DNA of 64,000 nucleotides, taken from Akkermansia sp. (GTDB taxonomy: Bacteria; Verrucomicrobiota; Verrucomicrobiia; Verrucomicrobiales; Akkermansiaceae). The translations under genes were made by a program, and so were the position numbers. Position 1 is the stretch's first letter. Every line of letters begins with the position of its first letter. The stretch lies in contig JAUNNT010000001.1 of NCBI GenBank assembly GCA_030531305.1, forward strand, positions 9,830 to 73,829, read 5' to 3'. Below, piece by piece: positions 36,443 to 46,825 of the stretch. The notes under the pieces were generated by a model. It had not been told where the DNA came from. It did not search any database and saw only the letters and a program-made list of their open reading frames with translations.

Positions 36443-37362
36443 CACGCATGCTCCTCAAGCGTTTCGGCCAGGGAATCCTGGTGATTGTGGTGCTGCAGAC
36501 CATCACGTTCTTCCTGGTGCGCCAGCTGCCGGGCAACCCCTTCCTCGGCGAGCGCAAGCTGCCCCAGCACATCATGGACCAGCTCAACAACCTTTACGGG
36601 TTGGACCAATCCGCCTGGGTGCAGTACCTCAACTACTGGAAGGGCATCATCCTGCACGGCGATTTCGGTCCCTCGCTCATCCGCGAGGGCGTGCAGGTGA
36701 GCGACATCATCGCGCAGGCCTTCCCCGTGTCGCTCTGGCTGGGTGTGCTGGGCATGCTCATCGCCGTGCTGGCGGGCATCCCTGCGGGCATGCTGGCGGC
36801 GTACTGGCGCAACCGCTGGCCTGATGCGCTCATCATGCTGCTGGCCATGGCGGGCATCTGCATCCCCGCGTTCGTGATTGCCCCCGTGCTGGGAATCACG
36901 CTCGGCATGCACATTCCCGGGCTCAGCGTGGCGGGTTGGGACGATGCCCTGTGCGCCGTGCTGCCCGCGCTCACGCTCGGTCTGGTGAACGCTGCGTACA
37001 TCGCGCGTCTCACCCGCGGCGGCATGGCGGAGGTGCTTTCCGCGGACTTCATCCGCACGGCGCGCGCCAAGGGCGTGGGCGCCGTGCGCATCCTGTTCGT
37101 GCATGCGCTGCGCAGCGGTCTGCTGCCCGCAGTGTCGTACCTGGGCCCGGCGTTTGCGGCGCTCATCACGGGCTCGTTTGTGGTGGAGAGCTGCTTCCAG
37201 GTGCCGGGCATGGGCCTGCACTTCGTGAACGCCACCACCGACCGCGACTACTTCCTCATCCAGGGACTGGTGCTCTGCTACGGCGTGCTCATCGTGGCCG
37301 CCAACCTCGCCGTGGATATCGCCCTTGTGGCCCTCAACCCCAGACTCCGCTCCAACCCATGA
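36439..37362 (+). CDS. oppB: Oligopeptide ABC transporter permease
   Basis: PGNPF, YGLD, GDFGPS, EAA loop DFIRTARAKG, GSFVVE, RDY. Confidence 0.92.
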   Translation: MTRMLLKRFGQGILVIVVLQTITFFLVRQLPGNPFLGERKLPQHIMDQLNNLYGLDQSAWVQYLNYWKGIILHGDFGPSLIREGVQVSDIIAQAFPVSLWLGVLGMLIAVLAGIPAGMLAAYWRNRWPDALIMLLAMAGICIPAFVIAPVLGITLGMHIPGLSVAGWDDALCAVLPALTLGLVNAAYIARLTRGGMAEVLSADFIRTARAKGVGAVRILFVHALRSGLLPAVSYLGPAFAALITGSFVVESCFQVPGMGLHFVNATTDRDYFLIQGLVLCYGVLIVAANLAVDIALVALNPRLRSNP

Positions 37363-38297
37363 CCGAATACCAACAGGGAAACTCGCTCTGGAGCGACGCC
37401 CGCCGCCGGCTCATGAAGAACCGCGCCGCCGTGGCGTCCCTGGTGTTCCTGACCCTCATGGTGCTGGCGTGTTTCGTGCTGCCGCTCTTCCCCTGCATCG
37501 CAAACCCCAACGCCACGGATTTGAGCAACATCGCCGCCGGGTGCAGCTGGCAGCACCTTTTCGGCACCGACCAGCTGGGGCGCGACCTGCTGGCGCGCGT
37601 GCTGTACGGCGGCCGCATCTCCCTTCTGGTGGGCGTGGTGGCCACGGTGGTGTCCTTCGCCATCGGGCTGGCCTACGGGTTGGTGTCGGGCTACGCGGGC
37701 GGGCGCGTGGACGCCTTCATGATGCGCACGGTGGACGTGCTGTTCGCGCTGCCGTTCATCGTGCTGGTCATCGTCTTCTCCCTGAGCATCGAGGAGCCGA
37801 GCAAGGAGCTGACCACCTGGGTGGTGGAAACCACGGGCTGGAGCCGCGAGAGCGTGGCTCCCATCCTGGGGCTGGTGCCGCTTTTCGTGGCCATCGGCGC
37901 CCTCGGCTGGCTCACCCTCGCGCGTATCGTCCGCACCCAGACCATGGAAATCAAGGCGCAGGAGTACGTGCTGGCCGCCCGCTCCCTCGGCCTCGGCCAC
38001 GCGCGCATCCTCTTCCGCCACATCGCTCCCAACCTGCTGGGTACGGTCGTGGTCTACACCACGCTCGCCGTCCCGGGTATCATGCTCACGGAATCAACCC
38101 TCTCCTTCATCGGGCTCGGTGTCCGCGCCCCCAATTCCTCCTGGGGAACCCTCATCAAGGAGGGCGCCGACCGCATGGAGGTTTCCCCGGAGCTCCTGCT
38201 TTTCCCCGCCCTCTTCTTCTGCCTCACCCTCCTCGCCCTCAACTTCCTCGGTGACGGCCTCCGCGACGCCATCGACCCCAAGTCCGCCAAGGATTAG
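37359..38297 (+). CDS. oppC: Oligopeptide ABC transporter permease
   Basis: HLFGTDQLGRDL, GGRISL, EYVLAARSLG, HIAPN, LSFIGLG, SWG, GDGLRDAIDP. ATG 37359 overlaps the oppB stop. Confidence 0.92.
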   Translation: MTEYQQGNSLWSDARRRLMKNRAAVASLVFLTLMVLACFVLPLFPCIANPNATDLSNIAAGCSWQHLFGTDQLGRDLLARVLYGGRISLLVGVVATVVSFAIGLAYGLVSGYAGGRVDAFMMRTVDVLFALPFIVLVIVFSLSIEEPSKELTTWVVETTGWSRESVAPILGLVPLFVAIGALGWLTLARIVRTQTMEIKAQEYVLAARSLGLGHARILFRHIAPNLLGTVVVYTTLAVPGIMLTESTLSFIGLGVRAPNSSWGTLIKEGADRMEVSPELLLFPALFFCLTLLALNFLGDGLRDAIDPKSAKD

Positions 38298-38335
38298 GGC
38301 TTTTCCAACGAGGGAGCACGAGAGTTTAATATATC

Positions 38336-38389
38336 ATATCTGCAATATAAATGTTGACAAGCTTTCAGATATAGTATATAAACATATCC
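38336..38389 (+). promoter_or_regulatory. Sigma70-type promoter of hipBA with a flanking inverted-repeat operator
   Basis: TTGACA 38354-59, 17 nt, TATAAA 38377-82, ATG 7 nt later. Inverted repeat ATATCTGCAA (38336-45) / TTTCAGATAT (38363-72) brackets the -35. Confidence 0.75.
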
Positions 38390-38698
38390 ATGAAAGGGAA
38401 ATGGCCGTTGCCTGCGGGAGTAGCCGCAGCCTTGCAGAAGGTGGGGCGTGATATACGGGATGCACGCCGTCGCCGGCGTTTGACCATGGCGCTGGTGGCG
38501 GAGCGCGCCATGGTGTCGAGCGCCACGCTGTCGCGCATCGAGCACGGGGATGCCGGCGTGGGGATAGGCGCCTATGCCGGAGTGCTTCATGCACTGGGGA
38601 TGCTCTCCCTGCTGCGTGATTGCGTGGACCTGGGCCGCGACGAGGTGGGGCAGGCGCTCGATGTGGAGCGGCTGCCCATGCGCGTCCGTATGAAGTAG
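38390..38698 (+). CDS. XRE-family HTH antitoxin (HipB-like)
   Basis: GRDIRDARRRRRLT...VAERA.VS.ATL.RIE.G HTH; directly upstream of hipA. Confidence 0.88.
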   Translation: MKGKWPLPAGVAAALQKVGRDIRDARRRRRLTMALVAERAMVSSATLSRIEHGDAGVGIGAYAGVLHALGMLSLLRDCVDLGRDEVGQALDVERLPMRVRMK

Positions 38699-38702
38699 TT
38701 TT

Positions 38703-39950
38703 ATGGGAGAAAACCAGATAGGCGTGTACTCGGCATTGCCCGGCGGCGGAACTGCCATCCGGGTGGGGACGTTGTGGAGCGGCGGCAATCGCGGGCGCGA
38801 GACCGCCCGGTTCGAGTACGACTCCGCATGGATTGCCCACCCGCAGGGGTATGCGCTGGAGCCTGCCCTGCCGCTGGTGCGCGGTGTTCAATTCACCCCG
38901 CGCGGATTGTTCGGCAGCATGGCGGATTCCGCGCCGGACCGTTGGGGGCGCACCCTGATGAAGCGGGCGGAGGCTGCGCGCGCACGGGCGGAGGGTGTGT
39001 CGCCCCGCCGCCTTTCAGAGGCAGACTACCTCCTGCGCGTGAACGATGAGGCGCGTCAGGGAGCCCTGAGATACAGCCTGGATGGTGGAGTGAGCTTCAT
39101 GGACAATGATGCGGCGCGCGCCGTTCCTCCGTTGGTGGAGCTGCGCAGGCTGCAGCATGCTGTGGACAGCACGGTGGAGGACAATGCCACGGATGAGGAT
39201 TTGCGGCTGTTGCTGGCTCCCGGTTCATCGCTCGGTGGAGCCTGGCCCAAGGCGTGTGTGCGGGATGAGCGGGGACGTCTCTGCATAGCCAAGTTCTCGC
39301 GCGTGGACCAGGAGTATGATGTGGTGGCGTGGGAGGCCGTGGCGCTCAGCCTTGCGCGAGCCGCCGGCTTGAACATGCCGCCCTTCCGGCTGGAGTCCCT
39401 GCTGGTTGGCGGCAAACGCCGCCACGTCCTGCTGGTGGAGAAGTTCGACCGCGGAGCGGCTGGGGAACGCATCCCGTACATTTCCGCCATGACCATGCTG
39501 GATGCAGGCGACGGTGACCGCCGCAGCTATCTGGAGCTGGTGCAGGGTATGCTCCAGCACTGCATCCAGCCCCGGCGCGATTTACCGGAACTGTGGCGGC
39601 GCGTGGCCTTCAGTCTCATGGTGTCCAACACGGACGACCACTTGCGCAACCACGGGTTCCTGCGCCTGCAACCCGGTGGTTGGACACTTTCCCCGCTGTT
39701 CGATGTCAATCCCACGCCGCCGGATGTTTCCCCGCGGGTGTTGACCACCCCGCTCACGCCTGATGGCGGGGATGCAACCCGCGCCGCCCTCCTGGAATGT
39801 GCAGGGCAATTCTATTTGCGCGGGCATGAAGCCATGGATGCGTGGCGGCAAATCGAAAGGGCCGTTGCCGGTTGGCGCACGGTCGCGGCGGGCTTCCGCA
39901 TCCCCAGGAGGGAGCAGGAGCGTATGGCCGCTGCCTTTTTCCTTGCCTGA
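38703..39950 (+). CDS. hipA: HipA-family Ser/Thr kinase toxin
   Basis: FEY, DSAPDRWGR, GALRY, GSSLGGAWPKA, IAKF, NTDDHLRNHGFL, LSPLFDVNP. Confidence 0.92.
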   Translation: MGENQIGVYSALPGGGTAIRVGTLWSGGNRGRETARFEYDSAWIAHPQGYALEPALPLVRGVQFTPRGLFGSMADSAPDRWGRTLMKRAEAARARAEGVSPRRLSEADYLLRVNDEARQGALRYSLDGGVSFMDNDAARAVPPLVELRRLQHAVDSTVEDNATDEDLRLLLAPGSSLGGAWPKACVRDERGRLCIAKFSRVDQEYDVVAWEAVALSLARAAGLNMPPFRLESLLVGGKRRHVLLVEKFDRGAAGERIPYISAMTMLDAGDGDRRSYLELVQGMLQHCIQPRRDLPELWRRVAFSLMVSNTDDHLRNHGFLRLQPGGWTLSPLFDVNPTPPDVSPRVLTTPLTPDGGDATRAALLECAGQFYLRGHEAMDAWRQIERAVAGWRTVAAGFRIPRREQERMAAAFFLA

Positions 39951-39977
39951 GCGGGATGATGCGCCTACAATACCCGC

Positions 39978-42128
39978 ATGGCGGGAGAGAGCAACCAACT
40001 ACCGGATATACGTGACGCGCTGTACGACTACTTCGGATTCGATTCCCTGCGCACGGGGCAGGACGAGGTGGTGGAGGCCGTGATGGAGGGGCGGGATGCG
40101 CTGGCCATCATGCCCACGGGCGGCGGCAAGTCCCTCTGCTACCAGCTCCCCGCGCTGTGCAGGGAGGGCGTCACCATAGTGGTCTCCCCGCTCATCGCCC
40201 TCATGAAGGACCAGGTGGACGCCCTGCAGGCGCGCAACATCCCCGCAGCCGCCATCAATTCCTCATTGGGGGAGGACGAGTACCGCCAGGTGATGGCCGC
40301 CTTCCGCCACGGCGAGCTGAAAATCGTGTACGTGGCGCCGGAGCGCTTCTCGCAGCCGGGCTTCATGAACGCGCTGCAGAGCCAGCGGATTTCCCTGCTG
40401 GCGGTGGACGAGGCGCACTGCCTGAGCCAATGGGGGCATGACTTCCGCCCGGACTACCTGCGGCTGGGGCGTGCCCGCCGCGAGCTCGGCTACCCGCAGA
40501 CCATCGCCCTCACCGCCACCGCCACCCAGGCCGTCCGCAACGACATCCTCACCACCCTGGAGCTGCGCGACCCCGCCGTCATCATCAGCGGTTTCGCCCG
40601 CGAAAACCTGGATTTCAAAATCTCCCGCTGCGACTCGCACGATGAAAAGTACAAGCGCATCCAAGCCGTGGTGGACGAATGGAAAACCGGCATCATCTAC
40701 TGCGCCACCCGAAAGAGCGTCATCCGCGTCTTCGAGGAAATTTCCAAGCGCCATATCAACGCCGTGGCCTACCACGCCGGAATGACCGACGAGGAACGCG
40801 AGTTCTCGCAAAACGCCTTCATCTCCGGCCGCGCCGACGTCGTGGTGGCCACCAACGCTTTCGGCATGGGAATCGACCGCGCGGATGTGCGCTTCGTCAT
40901 CCACTTCGACATTCCCGGCAGCGTGGAAGCATATTACCAGGAGGCGGGCAGGGCGGGGCGCGACGGCAAGACCGCCGTGTGCGAGCTGCTGTTCAACCAT
41001 GTGGACCTCAAGACCCAGGAGTTCTTCTACGAGGGCAGCAACCCGCCCGTGCAGACCATCCGCATGCTATACAACCTGCTTTGCCTGCGCTGTGATGCGG
41101 AGACGCACGAGCTGCTGATGCCCATCGAGGCCCTGGCCGCAGAGCTGGGCGGCAGCAAGAACTCCATGGCCGTCAGCTCCGCCCTCACCGTGCTCATCCA
41201 CGCCGGCGCCGTCTCACGCTTCGATGTCCCCGGAACCAACACACGCGGCACACGCGTCACCGACCCCGCACGCCAGTTCAAGGATTTGGGGATCGACCGC
41301 GAGGCGCTGGAGGAAAAGGCTAGGCGCGACCACGCGAAAATCGACGCCATCACGCGCTACGCCTACAGCAGCAGCTGCCGACAGATGTGGATTCTGGACT
41401 ACTTCGGCGAGACGGGAAGCGCACCCTGCGGGCATTGCGACCAGTGTAGCCCGCCGGAGGCCGTGGACGCAGACGAGCTGCAGGGCGAGGAAAAGACCAT
41501 CCTCTTAAAGGCGCTTTCCGGCGTGGCGCGGGCATCCCGCCACCTGCCGGACGGCTCCTGGGAACCCATCTACGGCAGGGGGAAGATTATGGACATGCTG
41601 CGCGGCGCCAAGAACGCCAACATGCACCGCTTCCTCACGGAGCTTTCCACCTACGGCATCCTCTGCCAGCTCACGGACGCCCGCATGAAGGCCCTCTTCC
41701 GCGCCATGCACGATGCCGGACTCCTCCAGACCAGCGGCGGGGAGATGCCCCTCGTCACACTTTCACCCAAGGGGGAGGATGTTATGCTCGGCAAGCAGCG
41801 CGCCGTCGTCTCCCGCGAGGGTTGGGCCGCGCCGCAACCCGTGAAACGCACCGCCGCGCACGCGCGCTTCAGGGATATCGTCGGCATCCCCACCCTGGAC
41901 GAGGAGCTGCTGGCGCGCCTCAAGGAGCTGCGCCGCGATTTGGCCGCGGACCAGCACGTCCCCGCCTTCCGCATCATGTCCAACGAGACCCTGATGCTCC
42001 TGGCCATGTACAAGCCCACCACGCGCGAGGCCGCGCTGGAGCTCAAGCTCAAGGGCATCGGCCCGTTCACCGCCAAGCGCTACCTTTCCCGCTTCACCGC
42101 GCTAATCAAGGACTATCTCGAGCAATAG
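39978..42128 (+). CDS. recQ: RecQ-family ATP-dependent DNA helicase (Zn-binding, RQC, HRDC)
   Basis: MPTGGGKSLCYQ, VDEAHC.SQWGHDFRP.Y, YHAG, ATNAFGMGID, YYQEAGRAGRDG, CR...CGHCDQC, C-terminal HRDC. Confidence 0.94.
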   Translation: MAGESNQLPDIRDALYDYFGFDSLRTGQDEVVEAVMEGRDALAIMPTGGGKSLCYQLPALCREGVTIVVSPLIALMKDQVDALQARNIPAAAINSSLGEDEYRQVMAAFRHGELKIVYVAPERFSQPGFMNALQSQRISLLAVDEAHCLSQWGHDFRPDYLRLGRARRELGYPQTIALTATATQAVRNDILTTLELRDPAVIISGFARENLDFKISRCDSHDEKYKRIQAVVDEWKTGIIYCATRKSVIRVFEEISKRHINAVAYHAGMTDEEREFSQNAFISGRADVVVATNAFGMGIDRADVRFVIHFDIPGSVEAYYQEAGRAGRDGKTAVCELLFNHVDLKTQEFFYEGSNPPVQTIRMLYNLLCLRCDAETHELLMPIEALAAELGGSKNSMAVSSALTVLIHAGAVSRFDVPGTNTRGTRVTDPARQFKDLGIDREALEEKARRDHAKIDAITRYAYSSSCRQMWILDYFGETGSAPCGHCDQCSPPEAVDADELQGEEKTILLKALSGVARASRHLPDGSWEPIYGRGKIMDMLRGAKNANMHRFLTELSTYGILCQLTDARMKALFRAMHDAGLLQTSGGEMPLVTLSPKGEDVMLGKQRAVVSREGWAAPQPVKRTAAHARFRDIVGIPTLDEELLARLKELRRDLAADQHVPAFRIMSNETLMLLAMYKPTTREAALELKLKGIGPFTAKRYLSRFTALIKDYLEQ

Positions 42129-42205
42129 CGCCTTCCGCTGTCGGGCAACTATCGTGTTGACTCGCCCGCGCGCGCGTGTTAGAGTGCAGGGTAGAATCGA
42201 TTGCC

Positions 42206-45200
42206 ATGGCCGAAGAAGCAGAAGTACCCGCACAGAAGGATGAGGACCGCGACATGCTGGTGACGGTGAAGCCGCGCAGCCGCATGGAGAACTGGCAGTT
42301 CAAGCTGCTGGATTTGTCGCTGCGCAACAACTTGCTCAACGCCAAGATGGACGGCACGCGGCAAATCCGCCTGGTGCTGCCGAACGTGGGGGCGCTGGAG
42401 GATGCGCTGGCGGACGGCAAGGGTTTCCGCTTTGTTCCCACGGAGGATGCCGCCGCGCCGCCGGACGCCGCCGCGCTCTTCAAATCCCAAAAACTGGTCG
42501 GCTGCAAGAACGATGCCGATTTGTGCCGCAGCCTGCAGACGCTCTACAAGAACGCGCGCACCGAGCTGGAGGAAAGCGGCGCCAACACGCTCTACCTGGC
42601 GTGCGGCTTCCTGCGCTGGTACCGCAAGGACATGCCGGAGAAGCCGCTGCTGGCGCCCATCCTGCTGATCCCGGCGGCGCTGACCAGGGCGAGCGTGAAG
42701 GACGGCTATACGCTGCGCGGGTTCGACGAGGACACGCGCATCAACCTGACGCTGCTGCAGTTCTTGAAGACCGAGTACGGCATGCGAATCCCGGAGCTGG
42801 AGGGCGATTTGCCCGCGGATGCATCCGGCGTGGATGTGCCGGCGGTGTTCGGCATCCTGCGGCGCGCGGTGGAGGGGCTGGACCGCTGGGAGGTGCTGGA
42901 GGACTGCTCGCTGGGCTGCTACTCGTTCACCAAGTACCTGATGTGGAAGGACCTGGTGGACCGTCAGCAGGATTTGCTCCGCAACCCCGTGGTGGCGCAG
43001 ATCGCCAACTCCCAGCGCGGCCGCTTCCCGGAGCAGGTGCCGTTCCCGCCGCCCGCCACGCTGGACGCCGTCGACCCCTCCGAGGTGCTTGTCCCCATGT
43101 CGTCGGATTCCTCCCAGCTCTCCGCCATCATGGCGGCGGAGCAGGGCAAGAGCTTCGTGCTCATAGGGCCTCCCGGCACCGGCAAGAGCCAGAGCATCAC
43201 CAACCTTATCGCCCATTGCCTGGGGCACGGCAAGACCGTCCTGTTCGTGGCGGAGAAGGCCGCCGCGCTCAACGTGGTCTTCAAGCGCCTCAAGAAAATC
43301 GGCCTGGGCAGCTTCTGCATGCAGCTCCACTCCGGAAAGGCCAACAAGAAGGAGGCCTTCCTCCAAATCAAGGCCGCCATGGCCGCCGCCAACTCCACCC
43401 CCGAGCAGCAGCCCTGGGGCGACACCGTCCGCGCCATGCAGGACGTCCGAAACATCCTCAACGACATCCCGCTCACCCTGGGCGGCCCGCAGGCGGACGG
43501 CGGTACGCTGTACGGCGACATTGACCTGCTGGCGCTGCACGCGGGTATCGCGGACATCGCGTACCCGGCGGAGAAGTCGGCGGCGCTCACGGCGGAGGAG
43601 CGGCGTGCCATGCTGGATTCCGCGCATGAGCTCTCCCTGCGCTTCAAGCTGGTGGCGGATGCCTTCCCCGGCCCCGCGCAGGACTTGCGCGCAACGGAAT
43701 GCGACACCCGCCGCGAGGAACAACTGGCCGACACCCTGCAACGCTTTGCCGCGGGTGACGCCGCCTGGGAACAGGCGTTCGACGCCCTCGCGCAGCAGCT
43801 GGAATGCCCGGCGGACGACGCCGTGCGGGCGTCCCTGCGCGCCGCCGCCGTGTACGCGCTGCGCACGCCGGCGTTGGACAACACGGCCCTGCTGCCCACG
43901 CGGGCGTGGAAGACGCTCCAGACGCTGGGGCAGATGCTGCCGCACGCGGAGGCGTACCGCGCGGGGCGCGCGCAACTGAGTGCGCCGTACGCGAAGGCCG
44001 CCATGCTGGATGCCGAGCTGCCGGGCCTGCTGGACCGCTGCCGCCGCGCGCAGGACAGCAACGGGCTGGTGCGCTGGTGGGTGCAGTTCACCACGCGCCG
44101 CCACCTGAAAAAGCTCATCCCCGGCGGCGGTGCGCCGGACTGCCTGAACGACCTCGCCGCGCTGGTGCAGATGCAGCCGGAGTACGCCGCCCTGCAGGAC
44201 GGCGCGGACACCCTGCCGCCGTATCTGCGCGCCACCACGGACCTCACCGCCGACCATCTGGCCGCCGCGGAGCGCACCGCGCGCGCCCTGCAGGGAATCG
44301 GCCCCATGGAGGAGAACGCCGCCCTGCTCATGCAGGGAAGCGCGCCGCACGCGAGCGGTCCCGCGCTGTCCGACCTGCAGCGCCAGATGCAGCTGCGCGA
44401 TGCCCTGCTGGACGAGCTTTCCTCCCAGTTGGGAACGGATGCCAAGGCCAGGGATTTCTCTCATGCGGGGGAAGCTGCGGAATGGGCGAACGCCCTGCTG
44501 GCGCTGCGTCCCCGCTGGCGAGATCTGGCGGGCTGGAACGCGGAGGCCGCCAAGGCGCGTTCCCTGGGCAACGCGCCGCTGGTGGACGCCCTGGAGGGCG
44601 GCGCCGTTCCTGCGGAGGATGCGGAGACCGCCCTGCTGGTCAACTTGGCGCGTGCGCGCATCCGCCTGCTGGCGGACACCACGCCGCAGCTCAATTCCTT
44701 CTCGCCGCGCCTGCATGACGCGCGCATCGACGACTTCTGCCAGAAGGACGAGGCGCTGATGTCCTGCGCCAAGGCGCATGTGTGCGAGCTGCTGACGCAG
44801 CGCGCCGCCACCTACGCGGAGGACGCCACCGAGCTTTCCATCCTGCAGCACGAGATGAACAAGCAGCGCGGGCAGATGCCGCTGCGCCGCCTGCTGCTGC
44901 AGGTGCCGGGCATCATGCGCAAGCTCAAGCCCTGCTGGCTCATGAGCCCGCTCTCCGTGGCGCAATACCTCAGCACGGAGACCGAACCGTTCGATTTGGT
45001 CGTGTTCGACGAGGCGTCCCAGATTCCCGTGTGGGACGCCATCGGCGTCATCGGCCGCGGCAAGAACGCCGTCATCGTGGGCGACCCCCGCCAGATGCCG
45101 CCCACCAGCTTCTTCAGCCGCAGCCGCGACGACGACTCCGACGAGGAGGCCGCCGAGCAGGACTTGGAGAGCATCCTCGACGAGTGCCGCGCCTGCGGCA

Positions 45201-46825
45201 TCCCGGAGATGAAGCTCGCCTGGCACTTCCGCAGCAAGTCGGAGAGCCTCATCGCCTTCTCCAACATGAAGTACTACGACGGCGAGCTCACCACGTTCCC
45301 AGCACCCGTCACCGGCGACACCGCCCTGCAGTACCACTTCACCGGCGGCACGTACATTCCCGGCTCCCGCAAGCGCATCAACCCCACGGAGGCCCGCGCC
45401 CTGGTGGACCACGTGCTGCAAACCCTGCGCGCACCGGGATTCCGGTACACCGAGAACACCAGCATCGGCATCGTCACCTTCAACATGCAGCAGCAGGCGT
45501 ACATCGAGGACCTGCTGGACGAGGAGCGCGCCAAGGACCCCTCGCTGGAGCCGTTCTTCGCCGACACCAACCCGGAGGCCGTCTTCATCAAGAACCTGGA
45601 GAACGTGCAGGGCGACGAGCGCGGCGTCATCTACTTCTCCACCACCTACGGCCACGACGAGGAGGGCAAGATGTCCATGAACTTCGGCCCGCTCAACCTG
45701 GCGGGCGGCGAGCGACGCCTCAACGTGGCCGTCACCCGTGCCCGCTGCGGCCTGCACGTCTTCACCTCCATGGCGCCGGAGGACATCGACCTCACGCGCA
45801 CGGCCGCCCGCGGCGCCGCGGATTTGCGGGACTTCCTGGACTACGCCAAGCGCGGCGCGGCGGCCTACATGGCATCCAAGGCACCTGCGGGCGGCGGGGT
45901 CTCCGGGCTCACCCAGGCCGTGGCTCGCGACCTGGAGGAGCTGGGCTGGAAGTGCCACCCGAACGTCGGCATCTCTTCCTTCCACATCAGTTTGGGCGTG
46001 GAGGACCCGCGCACGCCGGGTGCCATGCTGGCGGGCATCATGCTGGACGGCACGGAGTACGCCGCCGCCAACACCGCGCGCGACCGCGACGTGCTGCGTC
46101 CCTCCGTGCTGGAGGGGCTGGGATGGCACATCCTGCATGCATGGGCGCTGGACTGGTGGCGCAACCCGCAGGAGTGCATCCGCACGCTGGATTCCCAGCT
46201 GCGCGACCTCGCGCAGCGCGAGCCGGAGCCGCCCGCCGAGCTGCCATCCCTCATCGACAGCGTGCAGGCGGACACCCCCGCCGCCGCCCCGCAACAGGAG
46301 GTCTCACGCGACCAGCTGCTCAAGGTCCCCTACATGGAGTACGAGCCGCAGGATGCCTTCCCGAATCCGGAAACAGCGTCGGACTTCACGCTGCGGCAGT
46401 TCGTGGTGCCGCTGGTGCAGCGGGAGGCCCCGCTCACCCTGGATTTCCTCTGCGAGCGCATCTGCCAGCTCACCGGCGCCAATAAATTGAACAAGGAGGC
46501 AACCGAACGCGTCAAAGACCTTGTGAAGGCATGCTGCAAGGAGGGTGACTTCGCCGCCAAGCGCGAGAAGGGCGCGGACGGCACCCAGCACACCCTGCTC
46601 ATCCCCGCCGGGGAGGACGCCCCCAAGGTGCTCATCCGCGCCCGCGGCCCGCGCCATTGGAGGGATATCCCCATCTCCGAGTACAAGGAGCTCGCCAAGC
46701 ACTTGCTCAAGGACCTCCAGGCGGAGAAGGGCACCAAGGAGCACCTGGACGCCATCGCCGCCTTCTACGACGTCACTCCCGCGGAGCGCCGCGGCTTCGA
46801 CACCTTCATCCGACAGTTCATCTGA
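42206..46825 (+). CDS. DUF4011 + superfamily I helicase + Vsr/MTES_1575-like nuclease multidomain protein (Hhe-like)
   Basis: W..KLLDLSLRN.LLN (DUF4011); GPPGTGKSQSI, AEK.AAL.VV, MSPLSVAQYL, FDEASQ, GDPRQMPPT, NVQGDER, RRLNVAVTRA; then IMLDG..Y..ARDRD..R..VL..LGW..W..DWW. Confidence 0.85.
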   Translation: MAEEAEVPAQKDEDRDMLVTVKPRSRMENWQFKLLDLSLRNNLLNAKMDGTRQIRLVLPNVGALEDALADGKGFRFVPTEDAAAPPDAAALFKSQKLVGCKNDADLCRSLQTLYKNARTELEESGANTLYLACGFLRWYRKDMPEKPLLAPILLIPAALTRASVKDGYTLRGFDEDTRINLTLLQFLKTEYGMRIPELEGDLPADASGVDVPAVFGILRRAVEGLDRWEVLEDCSLGCYSFTKYLMWKDLVDRQQDLLRNPVVAQIANSQRGRFPEQVPFPPPATLDAVDPSEVLVPMSSDSSQLSAIMAAEQGKSFVLIGPPGTGKSQSITNLIAHCLGHGKTVLFVAEKAAALNVVFKRLKKIGLGSFCMQLHSGKANKKEAFLQIKAAMAAANSTPEQQPWGDTVRAMQDVRNILNDIPLTLGGPQADGGTLYGDIDLLALHAGIADIAYPAEKSAALTAEERRAMLDSAHELSLRFKLVADAFPGPAQDLRATECDTRREEQLADTLQRFAAGDAAWEQAFDALAQQLECPADDAVRASLRAAAVYALRTPALDNTALLPTRAWKTLQTLGQMLPHAEAYRAGRAQLSAPYAKAAMLDAELPGLLDRCRRAQDSNGLVRWWVQFTTRRHLKKLIPGGGAPDCLNDLAALVQMQPEYAALQDGADTLPPYLRATTDLTADHLAAAERTARALQGIGPMEENAALLMQGSAPHASGPALSDLQRQMQLRDALLDELSSQLGTDAKARDFSHAGEAAEWANALLALRPRWRDLAGWNAEAAKARSLGNAPLVDALEGGAVPAEDAETALLVNLARARIRLLADTTPQLNSFSPRLHDARIDDFCQKDEALMSCAKAHVCELLTQRAATYAEDATELSILQHEMNKQRGQMPLRRLLLQVPGIMRKLKPCWLMSPLSVAQYLSTETEPFDLVVFDEASQIPVWDAIGVIGRGKNAVIVGDPRQMPPTSFFSRSRDDDSDEEAAEQDLESILDECRACGIPEMKLAWHFRSKSESLIAFSNMKYYDGELTTFPAPVTGDTALQYHFTGGTYIPGSRKRINPTEARALVDHVLQTLRAPGFRYTENTSIGIVTFNMQQQAYIEDLLDEERAKDPSLEPFFADTNPEAVFIKNLENVQGDERGVIYFSTTYGHDEEGKMSMNFGPLNLAGGERRLNVAVTRARCGLHVFTSMAPEDIDLTRTAARGAADLRDFLDYAKRGAAAYMASKAPAGGGVSGLTQAVARDLEELGWKCHPNVGISSFHISLGVEDPRTPGAMLAGIMLDGTEYAAANTARDRDVLRPSVLEGLGWHILHAWALDWWRNPQECIRTLDSQLRDLAQREPEPPAELPSLIDSVQADTPAAAPQQEVSRDQLLKVPYMEYEPQDAFPNPETASDFTLRQFVVPLVQREAPLTLDFLCERICQLTGANKLNKEATERVKDLVKACCKEGDFAAKREKGADGTQHTLLIPAGEDAPKVLIRARGPRHWRDIPISEYKELAKHLLKDLQAEKGTKEHLDAIAAFYDVTPAERRGFDTFIRQFI

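Noticed and set aside
42179-46294. 1371-aa minus-strand ORF
   Set aside because: Antisense shadow of the DUF4011 helicase. No motifs; expected from GC-rich codon bias.
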